From Chrysomallon squamiferum (taxonomy: Eukaryota > Animalia > Mollusca): a stretch of 64,000 nt of DNA. Shown piece after piece: positions 46,651-61,506 of the stretch. The notes below the pieces were generated by a model. That model did no database searches, had not been told where the DNA came from, and saw only the letters and a list, made by a program, of their open reading frames with translations. Each line of letters begins with the position of its first letter. The first letter of the stretch is position 1. The translations under genes and the position numbers were made by a program. The stretch covers positions 22,196,001 through 22,260,000 of the forward strand of contig CM022665.1 of the NCBI GenBank assembly GCA_012295275.1. Reading direction: 5' to 3'.

Positions 46651-47604
46651 CAGAGAGATTGCTTCTGGATATCTTTGTGTTTAAAATTAAGTTAATTATA
46701 TGTTTATATATTTAGTGCATGTAGTCAGTCTGGTTTAATTATTTTACTTTCTCATTTAATTTAAACAAAAGTACAGCACACTGTTTAGAGAGCTAATTAA
46801 TTTCATAACGGACGTGTGCAAATGTTATCATTATTTTTTTAGCTTTAGAAAAACCCGTAAACTTACTTTCGGTGTAGCTTGCTAATTAGTTGGTTGACGT
46901 TTGTTTTTAAACGGAAGAAGTACAAGTATGACTCGACGGGGAAAAAAAAATATCTCAAAACGGAAACTTTACATTTCTTTTCAAGTTGAAAAACGAGAGA
47001 ATGGGAAACTCGTTAAATTCCCCTGACAGTACAAAATGTAATTTATCTCCTAAGTATTGCCGTTTTCAAAATAAACAAACTGAAAGGAACAGCTCGGGCT
47101 CTCTTTTAAGTTGTTTTTAGAAATCTCCGCCATATGTTTTGGCCCAACAAAATTGCGCCTGTCAATTGTGTAGAATTACTACTTTGCCAGCTGGTGCAAG
47201 GGAGATAACTCGAATTGACTAGAACACTGTTTTAATAAGAACGGCGTTAATTAATAAATGAAAATATAGGAAAATTTTAGTATCTCCTTTTATTAATATT
47301 ATTTTTTTTTTTTTTTAAAGTTAATTAATTATTAAATTCTGAAATTTTTATAATTATTAATACTGCATCTTTGATTATTTTTTATTTGTTTGCTTGTTGT
47401 TCGTTCGTTCGTTTAAATATATTTTTGTTTGCTTTTCTTATTGCCTTCATTTATTTTATTAAGGTAAATATTAAAAAACGAGGAAAATAATGCAAAATAA
47501 TATAAATGCAAATAGTTTTATAATGCATTTTACATACCTTTAATATGGTATCTATCCATTCTGACTATTATCATCATCACCGTCAATATTATTATTACTA
47601 CTAT

Positions 47605-47695
<91 letters not shown>

Positions 47696-48290
47696 GCTTA
47701 CCAGTTACGCAAAACTATATAAGTTAAGCTTGCTCTAAATCTTCACTATTTAAGATTTTATCACAAAGTTATTTCTACTGCGTTCTCCTCAACGTTTGAA
47801 GGTTTTTATTGAAATCTAGTCGCCAGCGATCATAAAACGTCGTGATAAAAACCCAAGCTTCTCATTCATGTACATCAGATTAGGTTAAATACACTACCTG
47901 CACGATGCTATCGAGAAAATTTCCTTCGAGTTTTGCTTCCTTCAAGAAGAAATATTGAGATACAACAACGGAAAGTATGCGTTCTGTGATGGTTACTTTT
48001 ATTTATGAGGAACAAGTGTATGTGAAAGGAATTCGGCAAAGTTGGCGTTGTTAATACTCCTTGTTTGTCGCGGCTTGTGGCGAAATGAAATATGTTTTCA
48101 TAAGTATCTGACCGATCTTATCTACTGATCGTGTGATCTTTTTGTTTTTTGGGTTGTTGTTTTTGTGTCTGGACGGAGCTGAGTTCGAATCCATGTTGTA
48201 GCTGTAGTCTGACGAATTAATTATAGAATATTAGTTTTAAGGCATAAGAACACTTTTTTATATTACATGCGAGAGAGAGAGAGAGAGAGA

Positions 48291-48400
<110 letters not shown>

Positions 48401-49533
48401 TAATGTTGGATTCATTTTTATCTAGTCTTTCATTTACAAGATGCTCACGGTTATAGAGAAAACTCATGAAACGCGAATTTACGATTAATGTTTTCTTTGC
48501 ATACAGAAAAAAAAAAAAAATAACAATTATTTATAATATCTCATAGGTAATCCAACACTAATTCTAAAACATGAAAAAAGGTTGAAAAGTATCACAAACA
48601 GAAGTGTGTTTTAATTTTATGCTTCACTTAAATTCCAACATAATCATTTATGTCGGAAAAGACCAAAGTTTATCAATGGGACCGCCTATCATATCACCTC
48701 TCGCGAGACAAATCTGTCTGTCAACGAAATCTCTGTGAAATTATCACTTTAATTCTCTTAGTGGACATGTAGATTTGTATTAGAAATAGCGCGATTTCAT
48801 TGGTTCAGCCACAAAATTGAACATAATGCATCCACTGAGAAGGCGGAGAAAAGGAACTCCAGTATTTACTGTTTGCTTCTGGGATGTGACATGTAAATTT
48901 TAATTATTTTAATTTGTGGTCTGGAAAATTAGGGAAATGAAACCTGCTGTAGTTATGTAAAAGGAAAAAAATTCAACGGTCGTTTTATCGCCGGCTGTCA
49001 GATATTTAATACAATTTTATTGCTATGTTCCAAGCAATGGTTCCCTAAAAGATTTCCAGTGAAGGCGCCTTTATATTATATGTCGTTTATTGCGTTCCAT
49101 TTCCACTCTTCATTATTTAGCATGCGATGCATTTGAAGAAAAAGGATAAAATACTACAAATTGAGAAGCATACTGCACAGAAATGTTTATTATAAAGACA
49201 TTAAAAATCTTCGATTATCATAAACAAGACAAATGTCACCTAATAATATAAATCTTCATCTTCATTTTTGATTAAATAAAAAGGTATGAACATATAAATT
49301 CTAGCATTAGCAGGAACAGAACTTATCATTGTTATTACTAAGAGGCTCGCATAAATATTAATAGTTAATGCTTATAACTACTATCTTGTCTAGTGTTTCA
49401 GAAAATTATTAATGATTTGCTTTACTAACTGTCCTTCATTCTCTCTTCTTCTTTCTATCGCAACCCTTAATCATTCTATCTCCTTCTCCTTGTTTCTTTT
49501 ACTAGTCAACGTTTTCATTCAGAAAGAGCCAAA

Positions 49534-49585
<52 letters not shown>

Positions 49586-49693
49586 TAATAAAAAGAAGTA
49601 TTAATAAGAAAAATATTTATTGATATCATAGCATTGGCCTTTATATCGTTTATTTTTTTTACTCACGTTTTGTTTTGGGGGTTTTTATTGAAA

Positions 49694-49724
<31 letters not shown>

Positions 49725-50614
49725 CCCCCTTATTCTTTTATCATCTTTCAGAAGAATATTATTGCGAGCCAAGACAAAAAGTAATTATAATCATATGACA
49801 ATTTATTACAACATCAAACACAAACATTGCAGTTACGACAGTCGTACAAGGTCGTTTTTGGTCGCTGTCAGAACGAGTTAAACGTGTGAGGATGTGCGGT
49901 TTTCCACGGGCGGTTCACAGAGTGTAAGAGCATATTTCTAGTTACAACAATAATGGTGTTTGGCAGAAGAGGAGTCCCGAGTCTCTGCCTTAAACACCGG
50001 AACATATGACATACTCGTGCTGCGGCAGCAAGCTGTACTGTACAACACGCAAGGAATGGTATAGCTGGTGGCAGTTAACGAGGCGAGGCTAAACTGCAGG
50101 TACATCAGAATGAAGACGTGATTCAGAACAAGCGTTGGTAAAATTGCAGTTTAAGTCTACGCCTTGTCAGCAAAGATTTTACTCAGTATTTTGCTACGGT
50201 TTATTGTTTTGCTGCTAGTTCAGATATATATATGTATATATATAAAAGTCAAAAGCAACAACAAAAAATATTAATAATAAAATAAATAAATAAGTAAAAG
50301 CAATTATTTTATTATGCATCCACACAGTAAGTATATTATACTTTCTAGATTTTCTATATTATTAATATTTTTACTCCCATGTTTCATGCATTACCCTCAC
50401 TCTGCAATATAAGGTGGTGCAAACTTCTAAAAACTAACTTCGAATTCAGTTTAGTAATTTGAAATGCATACATTTCTACACCAATACGTTTTGAGATAAT
50501 CGATTTAAAAACAATAAAAATGACAACTCCTATACTACAACAGGAAATTAAATTAAAAAACGAAACAAAAAAGAAAATTTACACTAATTTATTAAAAAAC
50601 TATAAACTAATTTC

Positions 50615-50810
50615 AAAAGTCTGGTTTATCGAATGAAGAGGAATATTCTTTCCTGACAAGAGAAGGTGCATAAAAAAAAAACAAATAAATAAATAATAAA
50701 AAAAAATCTTTCCTGCTAATCAGATAATAACCCAAATAGTTTTTCCATTGGGTATCCATTCTCAAATAACCAGATATATAAACTATGGGCTAAAATTCTT
50801 AGTAAGCAAA
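50615..50810 (+). mobile_element. Second degraded copy of the same SINE-like family, interrupted by an A-rich tract
   Basis: CTGGTTTATC..TCCTGACAAGAGAAGGTGCATAAAAA..TCTTTCCTGCTAATCAG..AACCCA shares motifs with 1645-1870. Confidence 0.35.
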
Positions 50811-51382
50811 TATTCATTCGTAATAATAGTAATATACTTAAGCGATAAACTATGAGGGAGCAATCAAATTTTTATTCAGTATTGAAAGTCCAGGCTAGAC
50901 TTGATCATGCCAGACAAAACTTCAGACAAGTTTGACCACGAAAGCGTGCTTGAGCCTCGAAAAAGAACAATAAATTTAACGCGTCTGCTAGCTCCTGTTA
51001 CGTGCAGCGGGTGAAAAACTTCCGACACTCGCTTGCACTTCAAAGAGGCGAGGGCTGGTGAAATGCAAATCAAAGGCGGTGTTTTACAAATCCAGAAAAT
51101 TAGTTTGTCTTCTTCAATAAAATCGTGACACTATCTGCACAGGCATCAGCGACTTTTTCCACCAAGCTGTCAGAACTATACGAGTGAAGAAGTGCACCAA
51201 GTCTTTTAATAGTCAGACACATTGAAAACGAGTACGTGGTGTTTACCATGTGTTTTCCATACATTGAAATGTTGGACAGAAGCGGGTGTTTGGTACAAAT
51301 CTTTAGTCTGCAGGCAGTATTATTTGTGAACAATAATTATTATTATATTTTTCTCTGTTGCTTGTGAACAGTATTTAGACAT

Positions 51383-51456
<74 letters not shown>

Positions 51457-52434
51457 TATATAAAGAACTGATGATGTTTTAAATTAGTTTCTTTTCTATT
51501 TCATTTTTCTTCGCAAAAGGGCACGTTTTAAAAGGATGCTTAAATTTTGCATTACCAACTCAGATTTCGTGTTACCTTTACAACTGACTGAATAGTGTTT
51601 TAACTGTTACGTCTATTATCGTTATTTGTTTGTTTGTTTGTTTATTTGTAATCATTAATTGTTGTTGTCGTTACTCTGTCTAGAGTTACAGTTATTGTTT
51701 TTATGACACTCATTGTTAATGTTGTTGATGCTTTTATTATTATTATTGTTGTTGTTGTTGCTGATGATGATGATAATGATGTTGTTGTTATAGACATTAC
51801 TTAAAGGTACAGTTGTTACTATTTCAGCTTTCTGATGTTGTCCTTGCCAATATTTTTATATTGTTATTGTGGCTGTTGTTGTTGTTGTTGTTGTTGTTAA
51901 AACAGATATAATAATTTTGTTTTTCTTTTCTAAACTCAAAACCGATTTCTTATATAAACAAATTTCTTTATTATATAACAATACATAATAAATCCTCCTA
52001 TTTTTTCACCACATTATACATTCAGCAGCTGAAATATATCCACAGATAAAAGAAAAATGATAAACATCTCAGTTACACTGATACTGCTAACCTAAGACTT
52101 GTCAGTCGCTAATGTTTTCATTCAGTGTTTTCTTTTTCTTCGTGCAATATTTGTTCAAGTCGTATTAGAATGTTTCGTTTTTTTCCAGCACAAACAAGTG
52201 ATGGTTTCCTGATCATTATAATCCAGCTGGGCTCGTGTCTAATTAACTTTGTCAGTTTGAGTCGGTATCGGTTCCAAGCGGCCCGCCAATGTACGCCATT
52301 AAGATCGTAGTTTTGTTTTTATTTGCCGGATACCGACGAGAGACTGGCTAATGTTTACGAACAAGTTACGAGTGTGCAAGTTAGTCGTAATTTAAATAAA
52401 ATTTTTTTTTTTTTTTTGGCTTTATTTTAAAATT

Positions 52435-52477
<43 letters not shown>

Positions 52478-52599
52478 GTGGTTTTGTTTTTGGTTTTTTC
52501 TGGGGTGGGTTTTTGTTATGGTGACATCTGCGAGCAAGAATTATGACAGATCATGCGATAGAGGGATGTATATTGTGTGTGTGTGATTGTGTGTGTGTG

Positions 52600-52717
<118 letters not shown>

Positions 52718-53337
52718 AATAAATTCTTTATCGCGAACAGTGACTTGACTACAAATAACATTTACTCTATTACTTGCTGTTAAAACAGCATTCATTTTCT
52801 ACATAAAATGATGCATTTTAAACAGTCTATTAAGAAAACATCGAGATGTTAGAATGGTATAATTTGTTATATGTTTACGTAGCACATCGTATCAAAGATG
52901 ACTAGAATCTAATTACATTACAAGATGAAGTAATTATTAACAGTATCGTGTGTTAAACACACAAAAGTAACTGGTTGCAATTTATACCTGTTTTCACGTG
53001 ATTGCAGTGCCTACCAATAAACTTCTCCAGACATTTCATCTGGAATGTGGAAGCGATGAGATTTACAAACTAGCAGACCACTAAATTGTTTCTGTTGGTT
53101 TCTGCATTAAAGACATTGCAGAAGCGAAGTGTTTACAAGCATTACGTCCTGGAATGGTCACAGTGATATATACAAGTAATTGTTAAATCTCACTGGTATT
53201 CAGTAGTATTACGTTTTCATTCTGCGGGAATTGACTTTCACAAAGTAAGAATAAAAGTGGATTTGTGTTTATCATGGACACCCCTCATATCTCCCATTTT
53301 TTTTCTCTCTCTCTCGCTCTTTATTTATTTATTTTTG

Positions 53338-53382
<45 letters not shown>

Positions 53383-54791
53383 GGTTGTTATTGTTGTTAC
53401 CTGTAATCATACTGCGCATAAATACTTAAATTTTAATCTGTTTTTGAAACTTTTAATTTATTTTATTAATTATTTAATTATTTTATTAATACATATTTAT
53501 TTAGTATTTATTATAAGTTTTCATTTATATTAGTTTTATGGCCTTATGGCTTTGAAAAGTTTAGGAAGTTTAATATTCAGTAATATTTTTGGCTACAACT
53601 TGTAGTCTGCAAATGGCGGAAGAAATAAGTGCACTCTCTTCTCTTCCAAAGGGGAATTTATTGGCAGCCCTGAACGCTCAACACGTCTGCAATGTGCACA
53701 AATATTTCCCATTGAAAAACAAAGAAACAAAGATATTATTGCCTAGCGAGACTTAATAGAACTGCGGGTTCATGCAGTTTGACAACATTTTCTCAACAAG
53801 ACTTGGCGGAACAGAATTCACACATTCGTCTATGAATACCGCTAAGGAACGTGTTAGTACTGCTGGCTTTTTCGCCGTTCTTCGATGTAATGATGTGGCC
53901 CCGTGCATCCAAATGAGGGACGGCGAGCCGTAAAAACTCTGTAGCTGTATTATTTTTCTACACGAATACAGAAACAAATGGAGGAAGCAGAAAGTACATC
54001 TGTCAATATTCTGTAAGACAGGTTAAGAAGGAATAAGACTGTTTGTTTTATCGCCGAGTTTGTACACACCGTTTAATCTGATTTTTGCCGTTTTTATTTC
54101 TTAACGCAATGTGTCCATAGCAACGTGATCTGGACTGTTTTAAGCAAAAGCCTGCTCTCAGTGTTCTGTTTGCCAATTATATCAGATTATATTCCTTTTT
54201 TTATCACTATTTGCTTGCAGACGGAACAGTGCATGCCTTTATTTTATTTATTTTTATTACTATTACTGCTATTACTACTACTACTATTACTACTATTATT
54301 ATGCCTTTTTTTTTAATGTGGATATTTAGATTTCCATAATGTTATGCGCGTGATATCAGTACTGCGGGTGGCGAATTCGAAAATGTCACAGGAAACTTAT
54401 TTTTGTTTTTGTTAGTGAGAAAGTGGAAAGGGAACGTAATATTTCGTACACAAAAATGTGGAGAGAAAAAACGCCAAAACAAAACACAACAGATAGACAA
54501 TACATCATTGCAAAGTTGTCGAATCTTCAGCCTATCAGAGATTCTTCAGATATCTGCGTACGAAATGACATCACTAAACAATGGGAAATGTCTTGTTTAC
54601 GAGCATATTACATTTATTATTAGCAAAGACGGACGTTGAGGAACATACAAAGCAAATACCTGGAATTTCTATTTAGACTCTTTTACCAGAGATACGTTTA
54701 ATTGCCTGGTTATCTATGTCTTGTTCTGTTTATCATTAATAAATTCGTCTTTATAAATGTACTATGTACGCTTTTTATTTTCAGCTTCTTT

Positions 54792-54826
<35 letters not shown>

Positions 54827-54865
54827 TTATTATTATATTATTATTATTATTATTATTATTTGCTT

Positions 54866-54899
<34 letters not shown>

Positions 54900-54923
54900 C
54901 CTTATACTTTTGTACAGGTGTTT

Positions 54924-54954
<31 letters not shown>

Positions 54955-56759
54955 CTTTTTTTTAAATGTGTTTCCAGGTAATTGTTCTAATGGTGTGACA
55001 GTAATGTATCAAGTCGCTGTGATTTACAAACTCTGTCATTTTAATTTATCTATTACATAATACTGACGTCATATCTTTCACAAAAATGTGAAAAATAATT
55101 AAAAGAAAAATAATAATAACAATAATAAATGAAATTTAAAAAATATATATATATGATGAAAGTTTGGCATTTCAACAAGTCCTTACTCATCACATTCATT
55201 GGTTTACATTCATTATTAAAAAAAAAAAAAAAAAAAATGAAATTTAAAAAAATAATCGTTCTTATTTAGATTCGACAAAAAGCTGTGTCTCAGCTGCGTT
55301 TTGCAAAATTAAATATTTCCACTTTATTATTCGTACATTCTTAATTATTACTTTAGTTTCTAAGAAATAATACTTCAAAGCTAAGACAGATCCAAATCAA
55401 GTACAAAGCAAACGCGAATCTGGTGTCCCACGAGATCCAGTGAATGATAAGAAACTGTACGAAGAGTTCTGATTACGACTCAGAATTCAGGATCAAATAC
55501 TGAAACTGAAAATTCAGATAACAGTTACGTAAACTTGAATTAACTGCTGAATTAGTTCCCTTAGAATGTCAACACGCCCCTCAACACTCACACACCATTT
55601 TATGAATGTTGGTGGTCTTATCTGAAGTTAATATTTGAGTATATCAGCGATACCACCTGTAACAATACTTCAAATATAATTTTGTACGGTTTATGTAGGA
55701 TGTCCTGATAGCTTTTGATATTATTAATAACACTGGATTATAGGTATTTGATGTGGTAGTTAATTTTTTCTACGGGTCTATGTAGGTTGAAATGTTATCC
55801 ATTATACGATAAACAGAAATATCTGCTCATGACAGTACTTTGTGTCACAGAAATAATACAATATACCAAGACCGTTCATTCCACGGAAGAAGGTAATATA
55901 AAATTAGAGAAAAATAAGCTTTTTATTTTGTTTATTTTATTTTCACTGATAAAATACTTGATATATTATTATAAGAAAATTAAAAACTCGGCAACGTTTT
56001 TATCGCAGACAGATAGTATATGCTTACTTGCATATTCAAATATATACATATGTACCTCAGTATATATTTGTATATATGCGCAAATTTGCACATGAATACA
56101 CACGGTAACACACAGATTCACATACCCCCCAAAAAAGAAGAAACATTATTCTAATATTGGTAATTAACCTGTCAGTCAGTCAACAGAGTTACAATCTTAA
56201 CACTCAGTCTGAAAACCTCTGCCAGTTTTAATTCGATTATCAGTGTACTGTGTATGAAAAGAAATTAAAAAAATTAATGTCATTAAAAAAAATAATAATA
56301 AAAGCTAGATAGACACGTATTATAGAATATGAGCTTTAGAATAACCTGTGTTTTAACCACTACGGAATCGAGTGTGGTTGTGAAAAGTGGCGTTCCGTCA
56401 GAATAAATACGGTTGTCCAATTGAAATAGTGATAAGAGACGAGAATGTGTGAATGAGAGTAGCTTTCAGCACCGACGATAGGCCAGCCAGGTGCCATTCA
56501 AAACATCTGGAGGGCATATGAAGTATTCTAGCTACGTCCATGACTCTACCTTTCCAGTTTATTACTGTTTATATTCCATTTCGTCTTCTCCGTGTTGAGA
56601 CAAGTGCCATGATTTATCGACAGTAAATGAATCATCCAGTTTCAAGTAATCTTACGAAGTATTTTCATTTGTTGGAACCAGTTCTGAACAACAGAGGCAA
56701 AAACATTAATGTAATGTTTATTATATATATTGTGTATTTGTCTGTTTATGAACATAGTA

Positions 56760-56996
56760 CTTGTGCGTGTGCGTGTGGCTGTGTACGTACGTACGTATGT
56801 GTGTATGTATGTGTGTGCATGTATGTATGTATGTATGTATGTGTGTGTATGTATGTATGTATATTTATGTATGTATGTATTAATATATGTATGTATATGT
56901 ATGTATGTGTGTATGTGTATGTATGTATGTATTTGTGTATGTATGTATATGTATGTATGTATGTATGTATATGTATGTATGTATGTATGTATGTAT
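56760..56996. repeat. Compound (TGTA)n/(TG)n microsatellite
   Basis: Direct reading. Confidence 0.95.
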
Positions 56997-57314
56997 AATA
57001 GCTGTCCATGCTTTAAGTGAATGTACCCTTAGTGATGACATGAATACTAAATATGACCGAAATCTAATGATGACTGTTAAACATGGGATATTTTAGTTTT
57101 CTAATGCAAAAAACAGAAAATAGTGGTTTATGGACAGTTTGCCACAGACAACAAAGCACACACTAATTACGTGGTACTCAGGCTGGAACTGAAGATGAGT
57201 TCATCTTAGTGATCATGTTTCCTGTGCTTTGTGTTTAATGATAATAGCGGTTCTTAATGAGGAAATGAAGTGCAGCGCCTTCTTAACGATAACTAACATT
57301 TATAAACTGAACAT

Positions 57315-57409
<95 letters not shown>

Positions 57410-57427
57410 CTATCTGCATGTGTGTAT

Positions 57428-57524
<97 letters not shown>

Positions 57525-58523
57525 TATCACTTTTCTGATATCGTGATTCAATTTACTTGAGACGAGTATTTCTTTTGGTAAGAATACCCTGACCACGTGC
57601 AGACCATAAATCTTTATAACTGTCTTTGAGGCATTAGTGGCGTTCATTCTTTGCAGGAACTGAATGCAGAGCCATCTGTCGGACACAGGGGGGCCCCAGA
57701 CCGCTTCCGTTAAGTGTTAAAAAGGTGCAGTAGTTTCTTTTGGCCATATTTAATGATAAAACCAGGCATGTTTTGTCATCATTCTGTTCCCGGTTCTTGG
57801 CATACTTTCAACGCTTGCCTATTTTCATAAACGTTCTCGGCAAAAATTACCATAATGCTTCAAGTGTTTGCATACCTCAAAACACTGACGAGAGAATCTT
57901 TCAATAGGTATCACTTCAGTGATTGAAGACAAATTGCATTTTCATTATTCTGAGAGGTTTTTTTTGTTGTTATTGTTTTTTATTTCCTTTCTGGAAGAAG
58001 ATACATTAAGATCATTACCCGTCTAAGAAGACATTATTTGAATCCTTTTGTTAACATTCTGAAGTACCAAAAATATAAGCATGTACTTCTTTGAAAGAAA
58101 CAAAAATAAATTAAAAAATATACATATTATTTTATCAACAAATCAGTCCAGTGCAGTTCGTGTGTTTAAAATTCAGAGAAGGATCAGAACTTCTCTTGAG
58201 GACAAAATCTAGTTAGTGTTATGGAGACTGAAGTCATATCTGATATGTATATCTATTTCTTTGTAAGCATAAATATTCAAATGAGTATATAATTTGGTGC
58301 AAATGTGTGTATGTATGGGTGTATCTATCTATCTATCTATCTATGTATCTATCTATCTATCTATATATATATATATATTTATATATGTATGTATATAATT
58401 ATATAATAATGTTAAATATAAAAATAGCTTTATTGATAAAAAAAATTATATTTTTATTAGTTTTCTTCCTTTAAATGACACAACATCTAAAAGTTAAGTA
58501 AATAATCATTTCCTTTCCTGTCA

Positions 58524-58664
<141 letters not shown>

Positions 58665-58802
58665 CCAAAATTTATTTATTTTGTTCTCTCTCCATTTTCT
58701 TTATCTTCCATCAGTTACCGAATATATTCACATAAAAATCAAAACAATCAATTTTCACTGATGCTAAATCATTCCATGTTTATTTGTGATTTGCTAACAA
58801 AC

Positions 58803-58835
<33 letters not shown>

Positions 58836-58855
58836 AAACTTTCACAAATTTTTTT

Positions 58856-58899
<44 letters not shown>

Positions 58900-59296
58900 C
58901 TCCCTTCTTCAAAACAACAAAAATTCTTGTGCCTGATCGTTCGGGTCCACCTGTCTTCTTCACAGATTCAATTTGTCAGGTTAGAAAAATATCATTTCGC
59001 AGGCAAAAGTCTTTAGATTTTCAAAGAGATTAACGATCAGTTACAAATGAGTTCTGTGAGAAACGGAGACAGCCGCTGCAAGAGGGGCACAAGTGACTTT
59101 ATAGAAACACATTGACAAATTGGCCTGGCTTGATTCGCACTGAGTGGCTAGGAAAGAAATTGGAATTTAGAAATCACCAGAAAATGTTCACACCGCGTGA
59201 CTGGCTGTGAGCGAGTTGGGTGAATTTCAAAATTATTTTCTAATGAACTGGTTGTGATTTTTTTTGGAAATATATTTCTTATTGACTTTGCTGAGG

Positions 59297-59332
<36 letters not shown>

Positions 59333-59879
59333 ATAAGTATACTTATTATAATAAGGGTTTTCTTTATATCTGTACGTGTGTGTGTATCTGTGTGGGTGTG
59401 TCTATGTGTGTATGTATGTATGTATGTACATATGTACATGTATACATCTATATATGAATGTATGTATGTATGTATGTGTGTGTGTGTATATGTGTGTGTA
59501 TATATGTGTGTGTGTGTATTGTTTTTATTTATTTATTTATTTATTATTGCTGTTGTTGTTGATGATGATTAATGATGATGGTGATTTTCATGATTAATTT
59601 ATTTGTGATTTTTGAGAACATTTAAAATTTAGTTTGTAGCTTAATTAATATGTCGCACATATTAGTCAGATACTCTGTAAATAAGTAACACAGTAAGTAA
59701 GTGTGTCAGTTACTTGGTAAAACTGGTCCATCCTCACTGACACGGTCATTTCACTGCCGAGACAGTGCAGAGACTATTTTTAGAACAATCACGTGCAGCG
59801 TATCAAAGAAAAAATCTGTACTTATCCAGAAAATTAGCTGCCCTGTCTCATAACAGTCTGTTCATATCGAGACGTACAT

Positions 59880-60110
59880 CTTTTTTCTCCCTCATGAGGA
59901 CGTGTCGCAGCCAATCAAATCTTTATTAATACGGACAACGTCACGGGGTGCAGCTGACAAAAACGAGCCAATCAAGAGATGCGATGCTTGGTGTAATTGG
60001 CAACATCTGACAAATCAACAAGTGTGAATGGTGAAACGGGTAAGCGGGACAGATAGGCGGAGCTATCCTCATTTTGGGCGGGGAATGGTTAACGCTTTCC
60101 AGTTTGTGCC
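59880..60110. promoter_or_regulatory. Promoter-like motif cluster: two NF-Y-type CCAAT boxes, a reverse CCAAT and a GC box
   Basis: AGCCAATCA at about 59909 and 59966, ATTGG at about 59996 and GGGCGGGG at about 60076, in a locally GC/CpG-enriched island. Target gene not identified. Confidence 0.45.
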
Positions 60111-61475
60111 GAAAGTTTTTTTTTTTTTTTTTTTTTTTTCTTTTTGTAGTTTATTCTATATCCTTTTACTGTACTTTTTTCTTTCTTTTTTTCTTTGCTT
60201 GTGATTTTAATTTTCCTTACTTCTAATTTGTATTCATTTATTTTTCTTTATTTTAAAATATTATAATTATGTTTGTGTTTCTGTCAAAGATCAAACTTCA
60301 TCTCAGTAGTATAGAATCATTTCAGCTACGTACGAAATAACAATAATTTTGCCATGAGATTGTAAAAGTCATACACAGTTCGAAATATTCCTGTCAAGCT
60401 TACCCCTGCTGGACCTGTTAAGGGTTTTTTGTTTGTGTGTGTGTGTGTATCTGTGTTTTGCTTTACCTGTTGTTTTGATAAATAATCACTTTTTGAAGAA
60501 AAAATAAAATATATATAAATAAATAAAAAAATTAATTAACGAAAAGTGTAATTTAGAGTGAAAATAATGAATAACGAAAAGAATAAAAGCCACTATTAAA
60601 AGATTTCACATTTATATTTCCATTAATTTAAATGTATATTTAACTGATATTTAATCATAATTTAAGGCATACAAAATGATATGCATATATATATGCACAC
60701 TACAGTCTGCCCAAATTCTGATTTTTAAAAGAAATTGTTTCTAAATATAATAAAATTACTCGCCTATCAACAAATATATACATACATACATACATACACA
60801 CACATATAAATAATATCATTAAGAATATTTCCGACATATAAAATTTTATTAAAATAAATTAAGCCAATGGAAAAAAAATTAATATTGTAATAACTAGAAA
60901 TTATCATGTGTTGTCTTTTGTCTATGTATTTATAAATTTCTAGGACAGATCTTCACGATTCCTTGATATATGAAATCATAAAGTCAACTTTCAGATGGAA
61001 ACTTTAGAAGACTTAGGCTCTTAGACGATCTGGGCCTGCATAAGGGAAATACGGGTCCAGATTCTCAAGAATATGATTTACACATGATAAGAGTTGACAG
61101 GTATGCAGCGGTCATTTTATGCTATTTCAAATCTACGGGTTGTGCACTTAGAAAAAAAAAAAAAAATATCAAGAAAGAAATAATGTTTGACGACAGTTCA
61201 ACATGCTGTTTAAATAGAATGTTATATTTGTCAGAAATAATTTGGAAATAACATTCTTTTGTATATAGCAAATACATACTTTATTTGCATCGTACCAATA
61301 GTTCTCAAGCTTTTTAATGGGCCTTATTTTTTATTAAACTGTTTGTTTGTTGAAGCTTAATTTTTTTGCTTTTATTGTTTTATTTACTTATTTATTTATT
61401 TTTGTTTTATTTCTATTTTTTTATTTTTTTATCTCATACGGTTTTATTTTATTAGTTATATGTTTAATTTTTTTA

Positions 61476-61506
<31 letters not shown>

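Noticed and set aside
48170-48200. GAGTTCGAATCC B-box suggesting a tRNA
   Set aside because: No cloverleaf or clear A-box; at most a SINE-head remnant.
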